The translations under genes were made by a program, and so were the position numbers. A model generated the notes under the pieces. That model had not been told where the DNA came from. It was given only the letters and a program-made list of their open reading frames with translations, and ran no database searches. Of a stretch of 64,000 nt of DNA, positions 26,244 to 39,548 are shown piece by piece. The first letter of the stretch is position 1; each line of letters begins with the position of its first letter. This stretch comes from Takakia lepidozioides (lineage: Eukaryota; Plantae; Bryophyta), in contig CM060732.1 of the NCBI GenBank assembly GCA_030704615.1, positions 2,108,001-2,172,000 on the forward strand, given 5' to 3'.

Positions 26244-26959
26244 TATGAAGTTTGCTTTTGGTTTTATTCGGGGCCAAATTTGAAATGGGATGGTTGTGTG
26301 TCCTTGTTGTCCTGTTTGCAATGTGTGCGTGGAATGCACATTAATGGGAACAAACTATTGTTGGAGATGGGGGTTGCATGGACTGCCCGGATTGTTCCTT
26401 CAATCTATTTAGTGTTCTCTGGACCTCACAGACTTGAGTGCATTGCAAAAACAAACAAACGACTTTGGTTCGTGTACAGCATTCCCGCATCATTTGGTCG
26501 TTGGTCTCCAAACCATTCCTGCTAGAAGAATGGTTGGTGAATCCATCACGGTGAAGTCCACCTCATCGAAGAGCTGTGAGGCATTCTCAAATCTAATGAG
26601 CATCCATGATGCTCCCGCACATACCTGGCATGTTCGCAAGGGTGGTGAGTAAGAAAAGATTTCGCAGGGTTCCGCTTTAGATCATGTCAGTGTGCACCTC
26701 CTCACGACGTACCCACATAAACTTGTGAGGGCTTGGTATGTTGATAACGTCTGCATGGATGCAATGGATATAATGGATGTAACATATCCACTCTGCATTC
26801 CCGGGAAATGGCTGATCAACCCGCGAAAATAGGTGACACCCGCGGAAATAGGCCCTGTATGTATGCTGACGTGGCGTGAGCCTGTGCTGGGCTCACGGTT
26901 TCTTGGGCTCACAGGCTCACGCCTCCAGGCTCATAGAATAGCACCCCCCCTCCTCAAGG

Positions 26960-29100
26960 TATCCTTCTCTTGACATTGATATCTCGATGACCAGGGGTTG
27001 GCTCCCTTGTCTTTGATATGACTCAGTTAGGGTTTTATGAAAACAATCATCATCCTAGCACTGCTCCACCTGTATGTTTGTTTCATTTTACACATCCTTC
27101 TGGGTATTGTTCAAATCTTCTTGGCTGTCAGTAGCCTGAACCTCTGTGCATTCCTCCTCTTCTTGTTGTACCAAGTCCACACAGTTCATATTGGTCACCA
27201 TTTCTCTTCTCACCTGAGTTATAATCTCAGTGATGTAGGTTGATGACTGTCCATCTGCATCCATTGGAAAGTGTCTGCCCTTTTGCTGATCAATTTCCCT
27301 CGTGCATGATCTTTCTTCCTTCAACATGCTCAGCCTGTCTTCCAGCACTTCGCAAAAGATAAGCTCCTTCTTACTTCGCTTTCTGGCTCTACTCTGTATT
27401 TTTCCTTTGATGATGACATCTGCAATCCCTTCATGAAATGTCATGTCTTGAGCTTGATCCCAGTTTGTAATCTCCCACCTTTCATCACTGATGTTCTCCT
27501 CTTTGCATGGATTGCTCTGTGCAGAGCCTTCTTGTACTGTTGTCATCTTTGCATGCAGCATCTTTTCATCATCATTGACTTGGATTACTTCAGACCCCTT
27601 CAGTGCTTTCAGGGAAAGTGCCCTTGTCAGCTCCTTCTTTGCAGCTATTTCTGGATGTACTCTGTTGTCTTGTCTTTGACTCATGGACTCACGACTTTTT
27701 ACTGGGAAGTAAACCTTCCACAGCAAATTCCCTCCGAGATGGAGCATTCTACATATTTTTTCAACATCTCTAACTACTATACATGTGGCTCTCACAGTCT
27801 TTTGTATGCCCCTCTCTATACCCCCGTCAGTCATCATGGTCTGAAAAGCATTGGTCATCTTTTCTGTTGCCCACCCTACCATCATTAGAAATAAGACCAC
27901 TACCTTACTCAGGCTATGTTCTACCCATAACTTGAACTGTCTTTTTTATTTTATTTTTACAATGGCAGTAGTTCGGATTTGCTGGTCCATCCTTGCTTTT
28001 CTTCTCTCAGCAGTAGTTACCAGATCCAAGTGTGTCCCAATTTTCCCATCTTCTTGTTCTATCTTGACTTGGTTAACACCTGGAAAAAGCTGGAACCTGA
28101 CTTTTTGCTGTGATGCCCTATCACCTGGACCTACTCCTGGGTGAATGGTCTTAGACTGTTCATGACTTGTATCACTGTCACAGTGGTGACACTTGGTTTG
28201 TTCTACACTGTCAACATGAAGACCCTTGTTTTGCATAAAACCAAAGGTATAATCTTTTGTCATATCTGTACCTTTGACTTTCCACTTTGTGACCACTTGA
28301 GAGGATCCATATTGGTATCCACCCAAAACTTTCTACCGAAGAGTTCTCTTCTGTAGTTCCCCAATGCCCAAACAAACGCCCCGTAATGTACTTCTTCCAC
28401 AAATTTCTCTTTTGCCCTTATCAAGGTCTTTGCAATGTTTGAGATTACCTCTACGCCTTCTTCTCCAGATTGTGTCAGTGTTGCAGAGACTTCTTCACCA
28501 TCTAAGTTTTACGTTAGAACCCATACATCTTCCCTTGCTACCCTAGGGTCCACATTATGAACTTGTATTTTTTCTTTTGCCATGTTGATCTCACATTGTT
28601 CTTCTCCACTAGCCTCTCCCACTGGGTAGCAACTTAAAGCATCTACATTAGCATGCTTCACTCCTGGTCTATGCACAATTTTGAAATCATAGTCTTGTAA
28701 CATCATGATCCATCTGCCTCTTCTTCCATAGGCATCACTGACTGTAGCTAACCATTCTAGAGGCTTATGATCAGTTCTTACCGTGAAGGGTGTTCCATAG
28801 AGATACTGTCGGAAGTGCAGGATGCCCCACACTAGTGCATAGCACTCGCCCTCCATGGGATGATATCTCTTTTGAACATCTGTCAATGCCTTACTTGCGT
28901 ACACTATGACATATTCTTTACAATGATCCTTCTGTGATAATATTGCCCCTACACCCTTAGTGCTCCAATCCACATCTAGTATGAATTGTTTTGTGAAATC
29001 GGGCCTTACCAGTATAGGTGCTTGCTACAACTTAAGAATCAGTGCCTCAAAGGCATTCTGAGCTTCAGCATTCCAGACAAATGTCTGCTCCTTCTTTGTC
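26960..29100 (-). mobile_element. Ty3/gypsy pol remnant (end of RT plus RNase H)
   Basis: APILVRPDFTKQFILDVDWSTKGVGAILSQ...EGECYALVWG...TDHKPL...HANVDALS. Confidence 0.9.
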
Positions 29101-31333
29101 AGTGCTCAGAGTATGAAAACATGTCCAGGAGGGAGACAGACTCGCTAGATTTCATTCCAATGTAGGTAGTCTTCCACTGACTGCCACTGCAGATGACGAT
29201 GGGTTTGCAGTTGTTCATGAAGATGAGCTGGTTACAGTGTTCCCTCTGGAGATGGGTTCTCTGCTTGTTCAAAAAGAAGTGTATGACGAGGATGGGAATT
29301 TGGATTCTGGGCACTTGCAGAAACCATTGCATGGCGAGTGTGGGAGGAAGTGAAGAGTCCTTCCAGGCACTGAGCGAGGCCTGGGTGCAAGAGCGAGCTC
29401 CGGTTTGTTGACTAGGAGTCCCTTCAGGTGCAGCGAGTTCAATATGTGCCAGCAGAGTTTGACGGGGACATTTTGTTTGAGCTCAACCCTCCCACGTCTT
29501 CAAGTGGATTTGCTGGGCTTCTGCAGGGCGTTGACAAGAAACATGACGGACATCCTTGGTGCAGGACAAAAACATCGAACATCCACAACGACATTGGGTT
29601 GAAATTTCGAAGGTCGGTTTGCGTTGGACATTGCAAGTGTCTGAATTCTTCTTGCCCTCGCCTGAGGAACAGCTCTAAACCAAACGAGAGTGAGTGGGAA
29701 GGGGTGCCCCTGAATCCTTTCACACCAGGGCTTGCCCCTCCCAAGAGCAATACTTTTGTGTGCAGGTTCTGCAAACTTGCCCTATCATGTGTTTTTGTGT
29801 GTCACACTCGAATGTACCAGGTGGCACACCGATGCAACACAATGACTCGTGCTTGCATCCGTATGGGCACACACGAGCATCCTGTGTCGAAGGGAAGTTG
29901 CAGGGATAACGTTGACATCGGTAGAAATCTTTTTAAGCAGGAATTCCATAATACCCCTTGTGCAACGCCTTCTGCTATAGCGCTTGCAGCTAGCAAGGCA
30001 TTCCTGGAAAAACACATACTGGGTGAAGGGGATGCGTCACAACCAATGCTGGATGCAGATTCGCTTGATGCAGTGATGGACCATTTCTCCATATTGAGCT
30101 CTCCCAATATTCGGAACCAAGTGAATGCACTTATAATGGGCACTGGCAGTGCTGGATTCATGGACAACATCATGGACCTAAAACGGAGGAGTCGGTATGA
30201 ATTCATTCAAAACAGTATCTTCCCTAGCCAGGGCTCGTCCAAGGTGTATTTGTTTAAGATGTCCACAGTGGGCGAAGACAGTGGTGTGAGCATCGTCCGC
30301 CGAATGCAACCTGGAGGAGATTTGGTAAAATGTTGGTTGATGTTTGATCACTGCAAACGGGTGAAAGGTTGGACAACCATGGCGTGCCATGTGTACGATC
30401 CAGTGTACCAACTTGTGCTTTCCATAGCAATTTGTGATATGCAGTCAGAGGACACTGAATCCCAAATGCTCATGTGGAATTCTCTCCTGGCCATCATGCA
30501 ACGCAATGGAATGCAAAACACCAATTTTGCGGGGTTCATGGCTGAAAGTGCACAGGCAAATTTCAATGCAGTGCGGCGTGTCTTTGGTTCGGGGGATCCT
30601 AAGGTCCCAATGGAAAATAGGGAGCGCACATGCCTCTTCCATTGGAGTCAATCTCTAGCACGTCATACAAAGCGTTGCATTCGACCTGACCTTCAGCTGG
30701 AGCATAGAAGGCTCTGCCTCAAGTGAAAAAATCCAACCTCAATGGAAGAAGCTGAGAACAGTTACCAAGCAATCCGGGCTTGGTGGTTCTCCTCTGGTAC
30801 TGCTACAGGGATCCAGCTGAAGGAGTTGGAGGACTGGTTGGTTTTCTGGCACTTCAGGTACAGACAGTGGGGAGCTTTCATGATGACGGTAAGCCTCTTC
30901 AATCCCAGAATTACAAATTTCACTTTGCGTCTTGCCTGTTCCTTTGGGGTTGTTGGATATGCACTTGCAATTCCTCTTCCATTTCCGTTCGTTCCTCACC
31001 TTTGCATGCATTGCCTCCTGCAGGACAAGTCCTTGGAGGACTTGGCCGACATGCCTTCGTGTAATTTGGCGGAGACAGTTCACAACGCCTGGATGCAGTA
31101 GTCTACCAAAGCAGGACGTGACTTATATGTTGCCACTGCAGATGACATGGTGCGGGCACTTACCCAACAAACCAGATACCGCAATTTTCTGATGGGACGG
31201 GACGGAGGCAAGGGCCCTGATACGACTTTGTTGATGCTAAGGGCTGCGAGCAGGTCCGGAGACCCATCCAAGATGGGGAGAGCTCTGAACAGGTGCACTG
31301 AAGGGTCCCCTTTGCAATCCAGGGTCCCCCAAT
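29101..31333 (+). pseudogene. Isolated family-1 MULE transposase core fragment
   Basis: The 432-aa ORF 29428-30726 has GCM-like and DDE motifs (second D reads E). Intron at ~30889-31023, then NLAETVH. No element ends are attached. Confidence 0.85.
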
Positions 31334-32160
31334 TAACCCACCAGCCAAGAATACACAGAACAGGTACATAATTACAGCCACTGATTATACTACAAAGTGG
31401 GTGGAAGCTAAAGCTTTGAGGGACAACACAACCAAGTCCACAGCAAGGTTCCTGTATGAGAACATACTTACACGATTTGGCTGTCCCATGGAATTTATCA
31501 GTGATCAGGGAAGTCACTTCATTAATGAGACCATTGAACTATTGACTAAAGAGTTCATGATTGTGCATAGGAAGAGTACAACATATTACCCACAGGGTAA
31601 TGGGCAGGCAGAGGCTACCAACAAAATACTATGTACTATCTTGGCTAAGATAGTCAATGCAAACAGAACGGATTGGGATACAAAGCTGCTGACAGCTTTG
31701 TGGTCATACAGAACTTCATATAAAGTCACCACTAAGTATACACCATTCCAATTAGTTTATGGTATGGAAGCTTTACTTCCAGTGGAATTCCTGTTACCTA
31801 CCATGAGAACGGAATGAGGAAAGATAATGGAATTGCAAGATTCAATTAAGGTCAGGAAACATGAATTATACCATGTGGAAGAAGTACGTGCTGATGCAGC
31901 TGATAACATGACCAGAATTCAGATGAAGAGAAAGGAACAGTTTGATGAAGGCAAGTTAAAGACTTTTAAGACGGGAGATTTGGTTCTCTGGTTGCAAAAG
32001 AAGGGAAAGATTAAAGCTTCTAAGCTTAAATCACCATGGAAAGGACCTTATGTCATACAGAAGATGTATGATAACAACACCGCCATGTTACAAACCATTA
32101 ACAAAGAGATGCTGGGAAGAGTCAATGCCAATAAGTTGAAGGGGTACAGTGGTATCCATG
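31334..32160 (+). pseudogene. Ty3/gypsy integrase (rve core plus GPY/F)
   Basis: ATDYTTKWVEAKAL..ISDQGSHF..YYPQGNGQAEATNK..WKGPY. Confidence 0.92.
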
Positions 32161-32284
32161 ACAAACCATTGCAGCATGATTTGCATGTTGAAACGCAGAA
32201 GCAGTCACGGGCTGCGCCAGTGATACCAACGGAATATGGAGCACTTGTCGCTAGGCCAAGCGTATATGACCAGGGCGGACAGTA

Positions 32285-32445
32285 CAAGCGCGACACAGCC
32301 TATCACAGCCCATCACGGCGCGACACAGCCTATCACAACCTACCACAGCATGTCACAGCCTATCACAGCTTACCACAGTGCGACACAGCCTATCACAGCG
32401 TACCACAGTATGACACAGCCTGTCACAGCTCGACACAGCCTACTG
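32285..32445 (+). repeat. ~20-bp minisatellite (GACACAGCCTATCACAGC-like) downstream of pol
   Basis: Tandem CACAGC units; a related tract lies at 58145-58262. Confidence 0.8.
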
Positions 32446-32576
32446 GGGTTACACAATCCATAGGATTAGTGACAGGTGGACGTGGGTTAACATCCGGAGA
32501 GTGACCGGCGGAAAAGTGGACGGAGGCACGTTTAAAAATAGACACGTGGACGCCAGGGCAAGACACACAGCCGGAC

Positions 32577-35500
32577 ATGGAGTGGAAAGCCAAGTGTCAT
32601 CAAGGAAGAAGACAAAATTGGCCGTCAAAGTACCTACCCGGCACATTAACTTATTATGGGCCCATTAATGCATACAGGGAAAGGGTAACGGAACCCTTTA
32701 AAAGTACCGAAAAGCGAAATCCATGTCACATGTGTTATCCTAGTGGACAGTCCAGAGTGGAAAATCCATGGAAGGAAATTAAATCTAAAATCCAGTCACA
32801 GCAGTTACAGCCAATCATAAGCCAGAAGCAAGATCAAGAAATTGGAGGGATTTTAAGCGCAAGAGTCGGCGTCGTTCCAAGTAACGGGCGTCTAGATGGG
32901 ACAGACCATCAATGCTATAGCTTTGAAGCTATGGAGGAACTAACAGACTATACGCTCGCGATACTACTAACGCAGTGGCACGGGGATAGAAGAACAGAGA
33001 GTATCTTTTCTCTTAATCGATGCTTGCAAGCCCCGCAGGCTTACAAGAAATTACCCATAGCATTTTGTGGCAACCATACGTTTATGTTTTGTGCCCTGCA
33101 GGCATTTCTTCAATTGTTACAGCCAAAACCTTTCTGTGGGTCTAGAATGAAGAGAGTGAGAGGAATGGAAGAAATCAGGGTGAAGAGCACCACAATCCTG
33201 CAGAAACAAACGATTGCTACTCCACAGGCGGTACAGTTACTGAAGAGTTGCGATTAGAAGGATTGCAAAGCAAAGATTGGACATTGCACCATAGGCAGTA
33301 CATGTTACAATTCTTGCAGAACTTTGAGCCTAGGACAGGAGCAACAACGGTGAAGGGAGTTGAATTAGAAGTTACTCCCCTATACCTACAGCAATTGTTT
33401 GAATTGCCATCAGGTCAGGTGCATGTGGAGGAGCACAGGGCAAGACTGCAAATAAGGGACTTATTCCAAGAAGGGAGTTTCTTTAAAACTCAGGGTTATG
33501 CTTGTACCAAGGCCGTGTACCCAGGGCTAAGGGAGGTAGGCCAGGTATTGAACGTTCTGTTTGCCATGAAACAGAACCAATAGTATTTGAGCAGATCCTT
33601 CACAGAGGAAATACTCAAAGCCCTGAGAGGAGAAGAGGTAGCATGGGCGGACATAATGTACAATGGACTGGTAGAGGAGATGAAGAGATTATAAGACACT
33701 GCCGCAAAGTCTCCTATCATAGTGTCTGGGCCAATCATTGCACAAATTATTCTAGACTCGTGCATACTTGATGCGAGAGAAAGGAAGGAGATGGGAGTGT
33801 TTGAGACAGCAACCACTGCCATAGAAGAGCAAGGTTCTTCACATGGTGAAGGGGGATTGGCAGAGCATCAACAGCCTAAGAGGCAGAGGAAAGGGATCAC
33901 ATTAGAAGCAGAACCATTGGCTACAAGACAGACAGAGGAAGAAGTTACTCATACTCTTGTGCAAGAGGGGGCATAGCACAGAGAGATGTGGGTACAAACA
34001 ACGCAACCTGTGGAGAGAGAACAAGAGGTTACTTCAGTATCACAGCCATCACAGCCAGATGATCGGCTTGTCACAGAGTTACCCAAGTTGTCTATGCAGT
34101 TCCACCGCAAATAATTGATTTGGAGAAAGAAGGGTTAGATATCCCCACTATAGAATAGGTGGTGGCAGAAATTGAGAAGGGGGACCTTCTCTATGAAAAT
34201 TCTGGCTTGGTCAGGGAAACAATGATTCCAGAGGTGCAGCGGTTGTCCAGGGGAAACCCTGTTGTGCATATAATACCCACATCTGTGACGGAGGTACCAC
34301 AGGTAGAATGTCAAGACACTGCAACACCTGTGACGGATGAAGTGGTTCAGGAAGAAAATCTGGTGGGGCAATGGCCTGAATGGTTCGTGAGGCATCACAA
34401 TGTTGAGGATCATGGAGAACAACAGCAAGCTCACCATGATGACCCTCAACAGGCCATGCTTATGCGTTCAAGCAGGACACTTAATTTGTTAGGCACTTAT
34501 GTCAAATCCCATGTTCCAACTACCCAATTGGCAGCTTTAAGGGAGGAACTCAGGAAGGAGTTTGAGGCTCGACTTGCCACTGAGTGTGCAAACAAGGTCA
34601 ATGAGGAGGTCACTTTCAAGATACATCAAGACTTAGAGAGTACAGAAGCTGCTTTGCAATTGGCCAAGGAACAATTGATTGAGGCAGGCCTCGCGCAAGA
34701 CCAGTTGCACGAAGCACATAAGCAACAGCTATACCAAATGCAGGTGAAGCATGAAACCAAGTTGCAAGAAGTGAATGCACTACATATGGAGTTGCAGACA
34801 GTGCATGACAGGATGGCCATACAATGTGCTACACTCACAACTACACTTGAGCAAACTACATTAGAAGTTAATAGCCAAGCGGAAAGATGGATAAAGGCAC
34901 AGGCAGATAATGTCGAGCAGACAAAACTCATTATTGATATGAAGAATACAATCTGTCGCAATGAGAATACTTTCAAGCAATACAGGCAGGTTGAAGCTGA
35001 CCAAGAGAGGTACATCCTGGAGTTGCAACAAACGCTAATGGTAAATAGAAATGAACTCTCTATGGCTAACAAGGCTTGGAAGGAAGCCAATAATCTGGCT
35101 GCTGCATATGCGAATTTGGTTGAACCTCATGCGAAGCGCATGGAGGCTTTACAGTAGCAGATAGATGTGTACAGGCTCACAGAGGAGCAAACTCTTAGGG
35201 GTGCCACAAGCAACTTGGTGGATAACCACCTTATGCAGGTCTGGTTAGCACAAGGGCCGGTGGAAGGCAAAGCACCACGAAAGCTCACCCAAAGCGAGAT
35301 GAATGAGCTCAGACTGCAAGTGCAGAACATTGCCACAACTACTATAGACAATGTCTATAGTAGGATAGCGGAGCTACAAGAGGATGTAGACGGCCTGCAG
35401 ACTCAGGTGGAGGACCTGACATCAAATATTGACAAGAGAGTCTTTGTACCTGAGGAGCAGCTAATGGCTTCTTATTTACAAGCCAGAACTTTGGCTTTTC

Positions 35501-36696
35501 AGTCTTCTTCGCAGGGGTTGCAGGAGATGCCAGTGGTACAAGAGCCAGTGCTACCAAGACCACAACAAGTGACTGTGCCAGTAGCTGACCCAATTGTTAC
35601 TACAGCCACAGCACAGCCGCCACAACCTGAGGTATGGGGGGATGCTGCTTTCAACCCACCTAAAACTCCTGCTGCACGGGAGTACAGTCGGGCTATGATA
35701 ATGCCCTTCAACCAAATTCCAATTGTGTTGGATTTGGCTTGGAAGGAATTTAGTCCTCCGCAGTCGTTGGCACATTACTACCAAATCATGCGCATTTGGC
35801 TGCCAGTGGCAACTAGGACTAAGGTTCTTCCGAACAATCGACCCATTGAGGATCATCACTTTGCAAGGTACTGGCATGAGGCAAGTACCATGTTGAAGGA
35901 ATTAATTGCCTTCCAAATTGTACATGGATTCATTTATACCAAGACCAAGGAGGTAGCAAGTATTGTCATGGGCTGCGGGTTATACTATGCTGCTTGTTTT
36001 CTGGCACGTTATCACATTGAGCAGCAGAAAATGCAATCGCGATTTCTGAGTTATTCCAGTGGGGATCATTGGGTCTTACCTTCAGTGCCACCTCATATGT
36101 ACCTCTATGATGCAAAGGTGATGATGCAAAAGGATTCCCAACTTCGTTCATGGTTTCATGCGGCCTGGAACAATTTGTCAACACAGAAATTTGGACCTGA
36201 CGATATTTTCTTTAAATGACATGAGGCATGGAAATACTTGCACAATTCACAAGTCATTGGCACACCACTCACCTTTACAGACAAGGAGTTCAGGGTCTTC
36301 ACCAATTTTGCCATTCAACGCTTACAACAAGTTTTGCAGTTTAAACTTCCAGACATGGTGGGACAACATTGTATGCCCCAGAGAATTCCAGTTAGAGTTC
36401 GACTGTTAAAACACCTCAGGGGGGACGAGGATTCTGATACTACTGTTTCTTCAGCGGACTCTTTTGACATGGCAGAGGACTATGCAATTCAGATGGCAGA
36501 GAAGAAGCGACGGGGGTCTCCTATGCCTGAGCGATTACCTCGATATCAGCCAAAGGAGGGACTGACATTTCCAGGTAGTGTTCAATCATCTCCGTCAACC
36601 AGTGAAATGACTCGAGCTTGCACAAGGAGTCCTTCAAGAGACTCTAACCGTCAGAAGGGTGCTTGCTCACAAAGGTTTCCAAATCCTAAACAGTAA
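32577..36696 (+). pseudogene. Large extra ORF 3' of pol (Athila env-like/Transposase_32-like N-terminus plus coiled coil)
   Basis: MLQFLQNFEPRTGATTVKGVELEVTPLYLQQLFELP motif, a long heptad-rich stretch and several stops. It ends just before the PPT. Confidence 0.6.
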
Positions 36697-36735
36697 ACCG
36701 TGAGGACACGGCTTTTTGAGAGGGGAAGGGGTAAA

Positions 36736-37769
36736 TGTTAGAGGGCTGCTCGGGACTTTGACGCTTTTACGGGATCTTTGGGGTACCTTAATTTTTACAC
36801 AGACTGAGACCAACAGGAGCCTTAGGGGTGACAGCAACAGGCTTTAGGGGGGGAGATACACAGCCCAACACAGTCCATCATAGCCCGACACAGCCATCAC
36901 AGCCCGTCACAGTCCAACACAGCCAGTCACAGCCGACACAGCCCGTCACAGCTTCGCACAAATACACAGCCCAACACAGTCCATCACAGCCGACACAGCT
37001 GACACAGTCAGACACAGCCGTCACAGCTTTGCACAGTCGACACAGCCCAACACAGCCAGTCACAGCCCGATACAGCCGCCACAGCTTCGCACAGCCCTAC
37101 ACAGCCCGACACAGCCAGTCACAGCTCGGCACAGCTGGGGAACAGTTATCATTGGCAGGGAACGACGGTGGGGGAACGACATCTGAAAAATGAACGTGTA
37201 CTACAGGGATGACGGTTAGTTAGGAAAACGGTTAGAACAGCTTGTAGGTAGAAAAAGCGAAGAGCGGGGACGTCGAGACATCACTACTTGGGGGGAGGAC
37301 TTCTGGATCACGGGGGAAAATGAAGCGGAGAGCGTATCTCTGAGTAGAAAGAGGGAGAGCACGGAGTAGAAGAAGAGACGATCTGTTGTTACTTGATGAA
37401 TGCAAGCTGTAGAATCGTAATGTAGAGTAGATGAGAGACACCATGACTTCAGTCTGATACTTGATAGATATTAATCTGATACATATTTCATACTCACACT
37501 GTGTAGAGAGACCTGAGTGAAGCTGTGGAATGAATGGATGGAACTTGAAAGATTTCTGAAGCAAACTGATACTTAATTGCAGATAGTAAGGTAACTCGCT
37601 AACATGAATGCGGGAAGGAGTACAAATAGGAAACACCCCCATGATACACTAGTTGTAGATCATGACTGATTGTTCTAAGCGGGCTGAGTGCTTAGAGATT
37701 TCCAACTCTTCTATCTTGGAGTTCCCACCTCGGATAACGAAGGGATGGGTGAGTAAAAGCCGCTCGACA
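36736..37769 (+). mobile_element. 3' LTR (~1.03 kb) with an internal CACAGC minisatellite
   Basis: PPT GAGAGGGGAAGGGG precedes TGTTAGAGGG...GCCGCTCGACA. Homology to 58986-60038 defines both ends. Confidence 0.9.
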
Positions 37770-38630
37770 AGGTCTTGCTGCGAACGTTGAGCGGCAGCAC
37801 CCTCCTCCGGTACCAGATCAACGAAATCGGTCGATCCCATTGCCTTTGCTACAGCAAAGACGCCCCTAATATCACCAGGCTGGAAATCAAGCAGGAACTG
37901 GGCTTCTGCTTGTGGAATCGGTTTTGCGGGAGACTGCTCCGCCCTCCCCCTGATTGCCTTGTGCTTCCTCATTCTTGCTGGTGAAGGTGTCTGCTGCAAT
38001 TGAATCTACTTCATTCGCCTGGGTGGGGGAGAAACGGCCTGGTCCAATTCAGAAACCAGTTGAAGGACGGGCTGCTCCTTCTTCGTCTTTGCTGGAGAAG
38101 GGCCCGACCCCTGCTGGCGATTCTCCATGACCTTCGAACGCGAGTCACTCTTTGGGGCTTTGAACTGCAAAGACTTCAAAGCCGCGTCCTTGAAACACAC
38201 AGGGCTAGGCCCGACAGGAAGACCCGTGCTCGTGGATCGGCTGGGTGTGCGTGCTGCAGCTAGCTCCACGGACTCTTCCTACGGCTCTTCGGATTCATGC
38301 GATCCCTCTAGCACGTCCACCTTTCCGGTTAGGCATGCAAACATCTTCTGCATTCAAGTCTCCTAGCATACAGTCTAAGAATTGCAGAAGAAAAATGAGG
38401 GGGGGTTTCGGTGCTCGATCAACTGCGCGAATCCCGATAGCACGGAGCTCTCATTGGTGGCTGGGTTGCCTGCGTGGCTTGCTGCTGCGAGATGACAATC
38501 TCCTCCTTTAGACGCATCTGCTTCCTCCCCTTCGGCATTGGCCTACGTCCGAAGTACAATTTTCGGAGCTTGCGACGATGTCTCTTCTCTGGTGCACGCA
38601 CTCCCTCCCTCTCAGGTTTGAGCATAAGAA
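37770..38630 (-). pseudogene. Spliced low-complexity ORF divergent from the family-2 transposase (probable accessory gene start, cut by the LTR)
   Basis: ORFs 38419-38700, 38006-38269 and 37649-37999 are roughly collinear. Its position mirrors the family-1 accessory gene. No domain recognised. Confidence 0.4.
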
Positions 38631-38974
38631 GAACAGAGACAGGGAAAAGGGGCGAAGAGTGCAGATAGAAAGGGCGCGAGAGGGGTGACTGAGTAGACAT
38701 GACAAAAGAAGATGAAACGGCGGTGATGCACCACTTGGGTTCGAAAGGCTTGGACGAAAGTGTCTCCTCGTGGACTATGCTTCATTACGAAATTTGAATC
38801 GTCAAGGGTACGCCTGCCGTCCGAAAAACAAACATCATTATGCAACGGTCAGGCCGCGCCGCCTCCTGCCACTTCAGTCAGATAGAGTGCAGACATGTGC
38901 CGCAATTCGGTTGGTCCACGTGTTCACATATCATGGCATTTCCATCCCAGCGTCTGATGAGTTAGAGTAAAAAT

Positions 38975-39548
38975 GCAAATGCGGCGCCGCATTTCCGTTA
39001 AGTACCATCCCAAAGCTACACATACCGTACTTGTTGGACGAAAATGCGGCACCGCATTTCCGTTCCACCTTCACAGACCTTAGTCGTTGAACAGAAATGC
39101 GGTGCCGCATTTCCGGTCTGGAGAGTATAAAGGTCTCACACGGATGGAAATGCGGCACCGCATTTCCGTCCCACAGCTCCATGCCTGAGATACAAAAGAG
39201 AAATGCGGCGCCGCATTTCCGTTCTGGAATGTCGGAAGGTGTGACTCGGACGGAAATGCGGTGCCGCATTTCAGTTCCGATGGTTCAGGATTTTCAGTCA
39301 GAATGGAAATGCGGTACCGCATTTCCGTTTTGGAGAGTATGAAGGTCTCAACCGGACGGAAATGCGGTGACGCATTTCCGTCCCTCAGCTCCGTGCCTCA
39401 GATACAAAACGGAAATGCGGCGCCGCATTTCCATCCCTCATCTCCATGCCTCAGATACAAAACGGAAATGCGGCGCCGTATTTTCGTTCTGGAATGTCGG
39501 AAGGTGCGACTTGGACGGAAATGCGGTACCGCATTTCCGTTCTGCAGA
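38975..39548. repeat. Family-2 palindrome array, left part (~11 units, 53-bp period, GGAAATGCGG-NN-CCGCATTTCC)
   Basis: Read directly; it continues in phase after the hAT insertion. Confidence 0.95.

Larger units (their letters stand above)
14199..26950. mobile_element. Full-length non-TIR Mutator-like element (family-1 copy B), ~12.75 kb
   Basis: TSD TCCTCAAGG at 14190-14198 and 26951-26959 (10 bp if the preceding C is counted). The left end CAGCGTAGCTACGGCGTGAGCC is shared with the copies at 4827 and 60460. Both ends are rich in TGAGCC/GGCTCA. Confidence 0.9.
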
